A DNA stretch of 42,927 nt from contig NC_068998.1 of the NCBI RefSeq assembly GCF_001194135.2, forward strand, positions 15,238,085 to 15,281,011, given 5' to 3'. The DNA comes from Octopus bimaculoides (taxonomy: Eukaryota). Positions 12,569-23,438 of the stretch are shown here, one piece after another (the first letter of the stretch is position 1; every line of letters begins with the position of its first letter). The notes below the pieces were generated by a model. It did no database searches. It was not told where the DNA came from and worked only from the letters and a program-made list of their open reading frames with translations. The position numbers and the translations under genes were made by a program.

Positions 12569-12905
12569 CAGTGGTTCTCAACCAGGGTTCATATAAGATT
12601 TCTGAGGGTCCACACAAGCGAAATAATAAATTGGAGATCCATAGTAGTATTTTAGGGTTTCATGAAAAAAATGTTGTTTTAGATGTATTTATTGCAAGAA
12701 GAAGAGAGGTTTCTTTCGTTAACATTATACATAGTTCAAACTACACAAGGAAATGTGTGATAAAACAAAATAGGTATTTTGAAAGAAGTTTCTATAAAAC
12801 TAGTTTTTAAACACTGAATGGCTATGAGGGGAGAGGGGGGAGAGCCACCAGAATAGAATGGTAATCAAAGGGGTCCAATAGGTAAAAAATGGTTAAGAAC
12901 CACTG
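12569..12905. mobile_element. Non-autonomous hAT MITE
   Basis: TIRs CAGTGGTTCTCAACC / GGTTAAGAACCACTG (14 of 15 match) and a perfect 8-bp TSD GTGTAGGG at 12561-12568 and 12906-12913. Confidence 0.92.
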
Positions 12906-13167
12906 GTGTAGGGCCAACACCTCTACCTAGGAAAAAAAGCAATGTTACAGATGAAGAAATGACAAATCAAAACCAACAAGATCTAGGAAAAGAAGGCCTT
13001 TTCCCAGAGAAACATATGACATGGTTGTCGAGATACTAAGACAGAACTGAAAAAGTAGGGCTCTAAATAGGGAAAAGCAGAAAAGACAGCCCAAAGTTAA
13101 GAACAGAGGGGGGGGTGTAAGTGCTTGTGTCCCCTTATCTAGATGTATGTGTATTATAGAATCATCG

Positions 13168-13492
13168 GTGAAGGCACATGGCTTAGTGGTTAGGGTAATC
13201 GGCTCACAACTATAAGGTCATGAGTTTGATTCCTGGTAACATGCAGTGTTCTTAAGCAAGACACTTTATTTCACATTGCTCTTGTCCACTTAGCTGGCAA
13301 AACTGAGTAATACCTGTATTTCAAAGGGCCAGCCTTGTCACACTTTGTATCATGCTGAATCTCCCTGAGAACTACATTAAGGGTACATGTGTCTGTGGAG
13401 TGCTCAGCCACTTGCACGTTAATTTCATGAGCAGGCTGTTCGGTTGATCAGATCAACTGGAACCCTCATCATCACAATCAACAGAGTGCCAG
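13168..13492 (+). mobile_element. SINE family E (tRNA-derived)
   Basis: A-box-like tggcttagtggttagg and B-box-like gagtttgattcc, then gcaagacactttatttcac. A related inverted copy lies at 21270-21570. Confidence 0.75.
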
Positions 13493-14059
13493 CTGTTGTT
13501 ACAGAATCAATCTGTGTAAATGCAAAATTAAAGAAATAATAAAAACCAACATGACTTTGATGACAAAGTCAATAGATTGCTTAGACTCTTCTGATATTAC
13601 TAAATTACCAAATTACCATAATAATCGAGTTCCTTTTTTCAGTAGCACTTTCTAGAAGAGAAGAAGGAAGAAAAAATGGAAATCAAACCCAACAAAGAAG
13701 CAGTTCAGAAAACCCATAAATTAATGCTGTTCAATACAGGATATTCAAAAAGTCACAAATATGAAAGAAAACAAAATGAAACAAACCAGTGTACAAAGTA
13801 TATAAATTACCCCATCAGAAGAAATAGGAGACTTGCAATTTAGAATGCTCGTTAAGAAATTGTTAGAATAAATAAATGATTTATTCATTAAAGATAAGGT
13901 GGTGAATCCATAGAGCCATTATAGAATTGGATTCAGATAAAATGCTTTGCAATACTTGTTCCAGCATTGTACACTCTGAGTAGCTGCACTCATTGTTAGA
14001 GAAACTTAGCCTTGTAAGCTAAGTATGGTATCATGAAAAAAGGCACCTCGCAGACTTTG

Positions 14060-14418
14060 TGCTAGGAATAAAAAAAACAATGGACAGCTTAAGAAGAATA
14101 CACAACATCAAAGAATCCAAACTGACACAATTGAAATGACAACAGGCATCAACAGGATCAGTAGACAATGGAACTGGATTAGACACGTCCTCAGATAAGA
14201 TCAAGAAAGTGATTGTATGGTGGCAGAAAAGTGGCAGCCTAATGGGGAAAAAGAACAGCAGGGCACCCTAAAACCATATGATGAAGGACCATTGACAAGG
14301 AAAGGAGATGAGAAGGGGAAAAGAAGCTGGAATGAGACAGGAACAGTGACAGAAAACAGGGCTGGTTGGAGAGATTGTGTTGCGGCCTTATGTTCCTCAT
14401 GACACTGGGAGAACTAAC
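14060..14418 (+). mobile_element. RTE-type LINE 3' end remnant
   Basis: Frames give RISRQWNWIRHVLR ... KWQPNGEK ... NRAGWRDCVAALCSS*, the typical RTE ORF C-terminus. Confidence 0.75.
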
Positions 14419-14424
14419 ACTTTC

Positions 14425-14600
14425 TAAAATGATTGGTGTTTGGAAGGGCATAGGGTATCCAAATATAGAAACCATGCCAAAGCAGACATTAGAGCATGAC
14501 ACAGTCTTCTGGTCAGTCAGATTTGTTCAAACTGTTAAACCCAAGCCAGTATCAAAGATGGACATTAAAAGATGAGGAAGAGGAGAATGAAGAGGGTATT
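14425..14600 (+). mobile_element. SINE family D 3' fragment
   Basis: ggaagggcat...agaaaccatgccaaagcagac...ggacattaaaagatga. Confidence 0.6.
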
Positions 14601-14844
14601 ATGTATGAAGATATTCCTATGAAAGTGGGTTTATTGCTATCCCTTTCAAAATCTCTGTGTTTTTATCTTCTATAGTATGTGATCCACTTTTTTGGATAAT
14701 CCCTGTTGTAGGTGTTATTAAGACCCAGGACATCTTTAAGGCAGATGTTTTATGGAAGACATTCAAAGTCATGTTCATATATTTCCCCTTATCTACAACA
14801 AATCCTTCTTCCTTAAAAAATGAAGCACACGACCCAAAGAGTCC

Positions 14845-14975
14845 TTCATCATCAACATTTAATGTCCGTTTTCCATGTTGGCATGGATTGGATGGCTTGA
14901 CAGTCCAAACACAGACAGATATTGTAGTGAATGCCCAGTAGAGCAGAAATGGTGCGAGACTAGAGTGTCATTGCC
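14845..14975 (-). mobile_element. SINE family D 3' fragment
   Basis: catcatcaacatttaatgtccgttttccatgttggcatgg. Confidence 0.7.
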
Positions 14976-14976
14976 G

Positions 14977-15338
14977 AGTCTGGTGTCTCGGAGGTGCTCC
15001 ACAAACCATCAGCCAAGCAGCGTCCCATTTGATCAATGTACAGGGAAGGACAGAGATAGCAGGAGATGCAGTAACTGACATTACAAGAGGTGCAGGTAAA
15101 GGAGTCAGTGACATGATAGGGATGGTGATGGGGCCTGTGAGGATGGTGGTATTGGAGAGGTAGGGGCAGGTGTGACAGTGTGGGTGGGAGCAGCAGAAGG
15201 AGCTATACTGGGAGGCAGGGTTAGGCAAAAAACTGTGGACAAGGAGGTCCACAGGTTATGTGATCATTTGAAAGAAGGAAGGGGTAGGTTAGGGAAGATG
15301 TGCAAGGTGGAGGGGCTGGACTGGAGTCGTCGGAAGGC
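14977..15338 (-). mobile_element. Penelope-like GIY-YIG endonuclease remnant
   Basis: DLLVHSFLPN...FCCSHPHCHTCPYLSNTTILTGP, then in a shifted frame SFTCTSCNVSYCISCYLCPSLYIDQMGRCLADG...EHLRD. These are a degenerate PLE Zn-linker and the NVIY...YIGQTGR...EH motifs. Confidence 0.85.
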
Positions 15339-16128
15339 TATATATATATATATATATATATATAGGGCTGAAGACTAGCCACACATTTGAAACTTGAGTA
15401 CCAAGGGGTTTGAATCAAACTGTTTTGATCTATACATGTAACTCCCAATGAATGTGTTGAGTGCCCTTCTTTCGTTTATCTACTCACTCGTGTATATACA
15501 TATANNNNNNNNNNNNNNNNNNNNNNNNNNNNNNNNNNNNNNNNNNNNNNNNNNNNNNNNNNNNNNNNNNNNNNNNNNNNNNNNNNNNNNNNNNNNNNNN
15601 NNNNNNNNNNNNNNNNNNNNNNNNNNNNNNNNNNNNNNNNNNNNNNNNNNNNNNNNNNNNNNNNNNNNNNNNNNNNNNNNNNNNNNNNNNNNNNNNNNNN
15701 NNNNNNNNNNNNNNNNNNNNNNNNNNNNNNNNNNNNNNNNNNNNNNNNNNNNNNNNNNNNNNNNNNNNNNNNNNNNNNNNNNNNNNNNNNNNNNNNNNNN
15801 NNNNNNNNNNNNNNNNNNNNNNNNNNNNNNNNNNNNNNNNNNNNNNNNNNNNNNNNNNNNNNNNNNNNNNNNNNNNNNNNNNNNNNNNNNNNNNNNNNNN
15901 NNNNNNNNNNNNNNNNNNNNNNNNNNNNNNNNNNNNNNNNNNNNNNNNNNNNNNNNNNNNNNNNNNNNNNNNNNNNNNNNNNNNNNNNNNNNNNNNNNNN
16001 NNNNNNNNNNNNNNNNNNNNNNNNNNNNNNNNNNNNNNNNNNNNNATATATATATATATATATATATACTCAAACACACACATGCATGTATGTATATATA
16101 CGCATGTGTGCATGTGTGTGTGTGTATG

Positions 16129-16129
16129 T

Positions 16130-16176
<47 letters not shown>

Positions 16177-16279
16177 TGAAAGAGAGAGAGTGAGAGAGAG
16201 AGAGAGAGAGAGAAAGAGAAAGAGAGAGAGAGAGAAGGAGAGAGAGAGAGAAGGAGAGAGAGAGAGAAGGAGAGAGAGA
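16129..16279. repeat. Polypurine (GA)n tract
   Basis: About 150 nt of almost only G and A on the plus strand. Confidence 0.95.
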
Positions 16280-16324
16280 TGGAATTGCACAGTTTCCATC
16301 TCCCAAATTCACTCAATATGTATT

Positions 16325-16432
16325 GGTCAGCCAGGAGCTGTAGTAAAAGACACTAGGCCACAGTACCACACACTGAGACTGAACCCAAAACTACATACTA
16401 CATGCTTGCAAAGTGAGCTTCTTAACCACAGA
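16325..16432 (-). mobile_element. SINE family A 5' fragment
   Basis: gctgtagtaaaagacact...actgaacccaaaac...gcttcttaaccacag. Confidence 0.65.
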
Positions 16433-16646
16433 GCCGAGATCATCATTAGTTTCTTCAGAGACTATACTTTGCAGAGAAAATTGTAAAAGCTGAAGAAACA
16501 GATAAACAGTAAGCTTTAGTCACAGTTTCTCCAACAAAATCTTTTTCACCCATGGAAAAATAAACATAAATCAGGTAAAAAAAAATAAAAAGCAAAATAA
16601 AAAAAATTGAAGATTTTCTTTTTGAATAAAATAGTTAAAGACTTAC

Positions 16647-16729
16647 CCACAAATATAAGCAAATATCTTCATTGTATCCAGTCGACGGCCACAAGATGAA
16701 ATTTCTGTATAGCAATGCCGATAGACAAT
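16647..16729 (-). CDS. Coding exon of an uncharacterised RUN-PDZ-PTB family (LOC417372-like) protein, PTB core
   Basis: Acceptor ctatatttcag and donor gg|gtaagt; 83 nt, phase 0 to 2. It encodes IVYRHCYTEISSCGRRLDTMKIFAYICG, matching the recalled CDD PTB_LOC417372 consensus FKHSFPEISSCGRRVDDPNYFAYIAG. Confidence 0.9.
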
Positions 16730-16794
16730 CTGAAATATAGTATAACATAAACTCTTCAGCTATTAATTTCAAATAAATACTGAGGCATGGTTAG

Positions 16795-16944
16795 GTGGAG
16801 GCATGGCTGTGCAGTTGAGAAACTTGCTTCCCAACTACATGGTTCTGAGTTCAGTCCCACTGTATGATACCTTGGGCAAGTGTCTGCCTTGAGTGTTGAT
16901 TTGAGACATGAAAACTAAAAGAAGCCTGTTGTGTGTGTGTGTGC
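16795..16944 (+). mobile_element. SINE family A 5' half
   Basis: Head plus CORE-like segment, interrupted at (GT)n by a family C copy. Confidence 0.75.
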
Positions 16945-17160
16945 AGAAACGTTAGCACGCCGGACGAAATGCTTAGCGGTATTTCGTCTGCGCTACGTTC
17001 TGAGTTCAAATTCCGCCGAGGTCGACTTTGCCTTTCATCCTTTCGGGGTCGATTAAATAAGTACCAGTTACGCACTGGGGTCGGTATTATCGACTTAATC
17101 CGTTTGTCTGTCCTTGTTTGTCCCCTCTGTGTGTAGCCCCTTGTGGGTAGTAAAGAAATA
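16945..17160 (+). mobile_element. SINE family C, young copy
   Basis: gcagaaacgttagcacgccggacgaaatgcttagcggtatttcgtc...gtaaagaaata; it retains many CpGs. Confidence 0.9.
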
Positions 17161-17169
17161 ACACACAAA

Positions 17170-17395
17170 ATATTTATCCTTCCTATTATAGGCACAAGGA
17201 CTGAAATTTTGGGGAAGGGAATAAGTCGATAATACTGACCCCAGTACTCAGCTGGTACTTATTTTATTGAGACGAAAGGATGAAAGGCAACGTCTGATCA
17301 GAATTTGAACTCAGAACACGAAGACAAATGAAATACTGCTGAGCATTGTGCCCAGCATGCTAATGATTCTGCCATCTCACCACCTTTCTGGACCA
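17170..17395 (-). mobile_element. SINE family C, diverged
   Basis: Reverse complement of the family C head and core, with the 3' variant seen at 11100-11160. Confidence 0.8.
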
Positions 17396-17547
17396 TTGAT
17401 ATATTACAATGAAAATTGAAGATATTTTTGAAAATTAGGGTATTTAAAGATTCATCTGACGCTTCAACACCAACCCCACAGTCCCTTTGTCCCTAATACT
17501 CATGTACTTTATGTTAAAGCCCTAATAATGATAATAATAATAATAAT

Positions 17548-17777
17548 AATTTATTTCTATATTTCTCACAGGGGGCTAAACATAGTGGGGACAAACAAGG
17601 ACAGACAAGGGGATTAAGTCGATCACATCAACCCCAGTGATTAACCGGTACTTATTAATCGACCCCAAAAGGATGAAAGGCAAAGTCGACCTTGGCGGAA
17701 TTTGAACTCAGAACGTAACAGCAGATGAAATACCGCGAGGCATTTCGCCCAGCATGCTAACGATTCTGCCAGCTCAG
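17548..17777 (-). mobile_element. SINE family C with (taa)n tail
   Basis: Reverse complement of 16945-17160. Confidence 0.88.
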
Positions 17778-17782
17778 GCTGA

Positions 17783-18045
17783 TTAAAGCCTTGTCACTGG
17801 ATTTAGTAGATGGAGACTGAAAGAAGCCCATCTTATGTGTGTGTGTGTGTCTTTGTGTTTGTGTTTGAAACCCCCATCACCACTTGACACTCAATGTCGG
17901 TGTGTTTACATCCCCGTAACTTAGCGTACTAGGCTTAAAAAATTAAGTCCTGAGAGTCGACCCGTTCAACTAAAAACCCTTTAAGGCAGTGCTCCATCAT
18001 GGCCGCAGTCAAATGACTAAAACAAGTAAAAGAATAAAAGAATAC
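17783..18045 (+). mobile_element. SINE family A 3' part
   Basis: aaagccttg...gcagtcaaatgactaaaacaagtaaaagaataaaag. Confidence 0.8.
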
Positions 18046-18099
18046 AAATTATATCAGACATACAACTTGTAAAACACATTCAAATTTAAAACAGACAAA

Positions 18100-18474
18100 A
18101 ACATCATAAGCACACAAGTTACACACATACTACAACATGCCAATTGCACACATACACACACATTGCAAACTACACACACACATTGCAAACTACACACACA
18201 CATTGCAAACTACACACACACAAACTACACAAACATAAAAACTCCACACACAAACACGTCACCACTTGTACAACTACTGCTACTACAAATACAAAATTTA
18301 TGCACAAATGCACACCACAAACACACATACACCACAAACACACACACACACCATAAATACAAAAACCGTACACACACGAACACACCCTCGTACCACTATT
18401 AATACAAAAACTACAGACACATACACAAACAAATTTCATACACATGCCACAAACACTAACAATAGATATAAACT

Positions 18475-18520
<46 letters not shown>

Positions 18521-18815
18521 GCAAAAAAAACTGCACACAAATACACAACATTATCCCTACAACTACAAAAACTACACAGACACACAAACATGCACACGAC
18601 ACGACACACACATACACCACAAATACATACACTCCACACACAACTACTACAAACACAAAAGCTACACACACATACAGTCATACATACAAACACAAACACA
18701 GCCACATACATATACACACAAACACACACAAACAGGCACAGACTCACACAAACACATTCAGACACAGAGAAACACAGAACCTCCTCCCTGGATACAGACA
18801 CACATTAATAAACAA
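18100..18815. repeat. Cryptic (CA)-rich low-complexity tract including a 20-bp unit repeated three times
   Basis: cacacacattgcaaactaca repeats at about 18153-18215 inside a roughly 700-nt degenerate CA tract. Confidence 0.85.
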
Positions 18816-18989
18816 CACTAAGATAGTTAAGCAGCCAAAACGTCTGATGCTTTGTTTACAAACAGTAAAAATAACATTTAACCTTGAAACAACATAAAAA
18901 GAAAGAATATCCAACATATCCGAAAAGGAAGTTAAAATCCTTCAATTCCACAACATTCAACAACAGCTACAATTCCAAGTATGAGCCAG

Positions 18990-19305
18990 TGAGGGAACAT
19001 TGGTGGTTGGTGGTGGTCAACTGACGTGCATGAAATAGCAGCCAAGTTTTCCTTCACCCCCACCTCATGGCTTTCTAAAAGGAAAATGCAGGAAAAGCTG
19101 CTTGATGCTGTATGATGGGATGCTCGTGGCTGGGACCATTTTGACCAAAATGATTTTGGCATTAGGAAGAGTATCCAACCTTAGAAACCATGCCAAAACA
19201 GACTATGGAGCCTGGTGCTGACCCTGGCCTTGCCAGTTCCCATCAAACTGTCCAACCCATGCTGGTATGGAAAACGAACATTAAATGATGATGATGATGA
19301 TGATA
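18990..19305 (+). mobile_element. SINE family D
   Basis: Ends aacccatgctggtatggaaaacgaacattaaatgatgatgat. Confidence 0.75.
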
Positions 19306-19437
19306 ACAGCCCAAATTTAAAGAAACCAGATGATTCCAATAGACGGGATTCCACCATTTAGTTGGAAGAAGAAAACAGGAAGAGATAAAAATAAAGTAAA
19401 CAAAATAAGATTACAATTTCCAACCACATTAGAGTGT

Positions 19438-19690
19438 ATCGTCATTGTTGTTTTAATGTCCACTTTACCATGCTTGTATGGATTGGGTGGACTTTACTGA
19501 GGCAGATTTTCTATAGCTGAATATCCTTCTTGTTGCCAACCCTCACCTGAGTCAAATCAAGGTAATATTTTCCTATAACTATACATATTTTTCACATGAC
19601 TGGAAAGGAATAATCTCATTGCATGACAATGATGCTCATTTACAAACATCATGCGACATCTAGAGAAGTGTACACACAAACACACATACA
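19438..19690 (-). mobile_element. SINE family D-related fragment
   Basis: ttttaatgtccactttaccatgcttg...gttgccaaccctcacctg; similar to 9372-9485. Confidence 0.6.
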
Positions 19691-19704
19691 TATAATATAT
19701 ATAT

Positions 19705-19899
19705 ATGATGGATTCTCTTGTCATGAACGACAAATGTGGGTTCAGTAAAATAAAGCATTAATCATGTTCTTCGGACACGAAAATGTCTCTTGAGGTCTGC
19801 TGATGCCTTGCAAACCTTTTGGTAAATGGAACAAGTTGAGGACTCAGTTTGCTTGAGTGCTTGTGGATCATTCACTGTATGTTTTCTTGAGTGGACAGC
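19705..19899 (-). mobile_element. LINE (RTE-like) 3' end with a decayed C2H2 finger
   Basis: TCSIYQKVCKASADLKRHFRVRRT* resembles CxxCxKxCxSxxGLxxHxRxH; a short UTR follows, ending in ccatcat(at)n. Confidence 0.5.
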
Positions 19900-20171
19900 A
19901 TATATATATATATATGTATATATATATAAAACAAATAATAAATTAGTATATGCATATATACGTACAGGTATGTGCATACCTACGTCTACCTGTATATATA
20001 GGTGCATATCTGGGTACAGGACATTGCAAACAAAACGTAGACAAAAAAATAATAATAAGCAGAGTACAGAACACACACAGGCCACATAGAGAACATTTTC
20101 CTTCATCAGCTACCCCCATTCTAACACAGGCGTTTCGAAGAGTAGTGTGTGTGTGTATATATGTAAGTATA

Positions 20172-20345
20172 TACACACACACAATGGGTTTCTTTCAGTT
20201 TCCATCTATCAAATCCTTTTGCAAGGCTCTGCTCGGACCGGAGCTATAGCAGAAAGCATTTTCCTTAGGCACAACGCTGTGGGACTGGACCCAAGACCAA
20301 ATCATTGGGAAGCAAGTATCTTAACCACACAGTCACACTTGTGCC
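20172..20345 (-). mobile_element. SINE family A 5' half
   Basis: ttctttcagtttccatctatcaaatcc...cttaaccacacagtcac. Confidence 0.75.
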
Positions 20346-21046
20346 TGTTTACAATATTTGCACCTACACTATGTTTCAATCAATCTCAACACTGACAGTC
20401 ACCAGATGTCTTATTCTTGAATGGAACTTGGTTCCAGAATGGATTCAAACCAGATAATTTCATTTTAAATCAAGAATAGTAATTTCCTATACTTTTCCGA
20501 CATTTGCTTAGAAAGAAAGGTTCTTAGTTCTTGATTAAGATTGCTATTGTTATAATTTTGCTTGGTACTGTTTGGGTCTTAATTTATATACTGTCATGTT
20601 TTTTCTAAGGTGAAACATTGAATTCATTGAGAACTATTTTACAGCAAGTCATGCAAATGTTTTATAGCTTCAACTAACAAAAATGGCAAATACGTTACTC
20701 AAAAGACTGGCAAAGGAGATACACTGAAAAAGTCATTCCACCTTGTGGGAGTTCATTCTTGCAGATGGCAATCTTGATCCAAACCAGTCTGAATAGGAAG
20801 ATGATTCAAAGGCCCAGAACACCAATCATTTCCACTACTATGCCATATTTTCTAGCATGCAAGTTAAATTTTTTAGATCAAAATTTATGGCCCAAAAAAA
20901 GGTAGGTTTATTTATACACCAAAACAACTTTAAAGAACCAAAAATTCCGTGTGAAATGTGGCATGATTTGGAAAGATAGTGACAACAATTGAATGTTTAC
21001 ATGACACGTTTACATTATATACCATGTTGACTTGTATACTGGAAAA

Positions 21047-21268
21047 TACAAGGGGGTGCTGGAAAGTTCCTGGCTTTAAGGGTATCATGAAAGGCCTGGA
21101 TGGAAGCCCAACCTTCCAAGTTCTTTTACAGAGTTTAAAAAAACTGAAGGACCACTGCAATAACTGTATGAATCTGAGAGGGGAATATGCTGAATAAAAT
21201 CATAATTAACTGATTCTCCTGTGTTTTCTTTTATCTGAAACCAGGAACTTTTCAACACCCACCTCACA
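21047..21268 (+). mobile_element. Internally deleted mariner element
   Basis: Left TIR tacaagggggtgctggaaagttcctggct and imperfect right TIR accaggaacttttcaacacccacctcaca. It retains a transposase C-terminus LQSLKKLKDHCNNCMNLRGEYAE* (cf. mariner GIxKLxxRWxKCIxxxGEYVE*). Confidence 0.8.
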
Positions 21269-21269
21269 T

Positions 21270-21570
21270 GATAAAGACCCCCTTTGGTCAAGAATGGCCA
21301 TAGGATTGCACCTAGGAAGTTGCTCTCCAAGGCACAAGTCCAGGCAAGGTTGCTTATGGAAGACCAGCAGTTGCCCATACATACCAGCCTCCCTTCTCCA
21401 CAATACTGATGTTGGCAAAGGCCAAATACAGCTTGGCACCAGTGGTGTTGCAACTCATTTCTACAGCTGAGTGAACTGGAGCAACGTGATATAAAGTTTC
21501 TTGCTCAAGAACACAGCACACAGCTTGGTCCAGGAATCAAACTCACTACCACATGATTGTGAGCCCATTA
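21270..21570 (-). mobile_element. SINE family E-related
   Basis: ctcagctgagtgaactggagcaacgtg...cttgctcaagaacac...ggaatcaaactcac is the reverse complement of the family E head region. Confidence 0.7.
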
Positions 21571-22617
21571 AAAACAGAAAAAAATAATTCCTATCAAAGA
21601 GCAGCTAGAACTAAATACCCATCCAGTAATAAGAAACCTGATGACAAGTAGAGATAAAACTACTTAAAATATAATGTAATTTTAAACATTTTGAGTATAC
21701 ACTATAAAAATGTAGTCAATAGTTCAGAAAATTATTGTCTCGTAAACAACAACTTATATCAGACATTTTGAGAAACAAAAAAATAACTTTTACAAATTTT
21801 GATTAGAAAAAAAAAGATTAAACCAATCACCATAGGAATTAAAGTATAACAAAGAAATCCTTATTCATACAATGATATTTTTGTAGTCAAGAAGTTTTGT
21901 AGATAATCTATTACTTTCTTTCTTTCACCTTTTTTTTAGAGTAGGTTTTTGTGATATTTATTAACTACAGTTTAATAACTTAAGTAGTGGCGCATGACAC
22001 ATAATAACATAATTTAGTAACTTAAGAAGTGTCTACTATAAAAATCATTTGATTATTCCTAATATATACCATACCAGGAATAATTATGGATGTGCTAAAT
22101 CATGTGGTTAGAAAAAAGGATTCATAACTAACATTGTTCCTTGGCTGAGAATGCAAGGGAGACAACCCTATGTGTTTCTGCTTAATTAAGTTTCATCATT
22201 AGTGGTTATAGCCTTCACCATTACTTCATAGAACTGTAACAACCAGCTTGCTGTATAGAATGTTCAAGGAAAACAGGCAAGTAGTGCCAGGAGATGAGAT
22301 TGATAATTTAATTTTTAAAGGTTATTATAATATATTTAAGTAATATGAGGCTTGTCTAAAATTAAAGCAAACTTTTTAAAAAGCAAATTTGATGCTTTAT
22401 CTACAATTTAATCAGATTTGTCTCCTTAAAACAGTTTCCTCCCCACCAAAACACTACTTCAAATGACATATCACTCTATCAAACATTGAAGGCTTAGAGT
22501 TGTTAGCCAGATCACTAAGATTTCATTTGTCTATATCACAAACAGGCCAGTGATAGAAGGCAGAAACTAAACTCAGAACACAAAGAATCAGAACAGATAT
22601 CACAAAGCATCTATTCC

Positions 22618-22735
22618 AATGCCTTGGTCGGCCCGAGGCTATAGTAGAAGATACTTGCCCAAGGTACAACACAGTGAAACTGAACCTGGAACCATGAGGT
22701 TCGTAAGCAAGCTACTTATCACACAGCCATAAGTA
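22618..22735 (-). mobile_element. SINE family A 5' fragment
   Basis: ttggtcggcccgaggctatagtagaagatacttgcccaagg...cttatcacacagcc. Confidence 0.8.
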
Positions 22736-23257
22736 AAAAAAAATTTTTAATAGAAAAAAAAAAAAGACAACAGGTGGCCCATGCAATTGGTAAATGATAT
22801 CCAAAAGATTGGAAAAGGCCACTCAAAAGGTCTCCATCATGAAGAGAATGAAGAGAAGATGATTTAGTTAATTGATATTGGCCTAGACAGGAAAAAAAAA
22901 GGTACATTCAAGAAAGAATTAGAAGTATTTTGACCAGCAATGTCTAACAATCACTAATAGTCTGGTTCATGCAGTGATACGTGATGTCATTAATGTTCTT
23001 GTGAAACATGAATGTCACATTATCTCATCTCACTATCATTTCCTTTAGTTAATCATAAAACTTGTGTCTATATGAAAAAACAAAAAATCAGTATTTCATA
23101 ACGAGAAATTAGGCAGAAATGATAGAATCATGAAGTAAATAAATATCAAATTTCAAAAGGAAAAAAGACCCCAATTCCTTCTGAATTGTATTAATCTATA
23201 GGGAAAGATGCTCATCTTCAATTTTAACAGTGCTATGTAGAGGAAAAATAAATCTTC

Positions 23258-23405
23258 GTGGTAAGTAGCTTGCTTACCAACCACATGGTTCTGGGTTCAG
23301 TCCCACTGCGTGGCACCTTGGGCAAGTGTCTTCTACTATAGCCTCGGGCCGACCAAAGCCGTGTGAGTGGATTTGGTAGACGGAAACTGAAAGAAGCCTG
23401 TCGTA

Positions 23406-23438
<33 letters not shown>

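Noticed and set aside
13930-13975. Minus-strand TSIAKHFI resembling PTB SLAKHFVC
   Set aside because: It ends in a stop where Cys is needed and derives from a decayed SINE C segment (gcaaagcatttt).
20090-20140. Minus-strand GAAAC followed by CTGATGA (permuted hammerhead halves)
   Set aside because: No stem I forms between the halves, stem II does not close and no second GAAA follows, so it cannot fold as a hammerhead.
20742-20788. Exon-like segment encoding LVWIKIAICKNEL, reminiscent of the RUN motif AWLRLAL
   Set aside because: It lies inside the intron between two contiguous PTB exons, has a weak donor (gtggaa), and would break the domain order.
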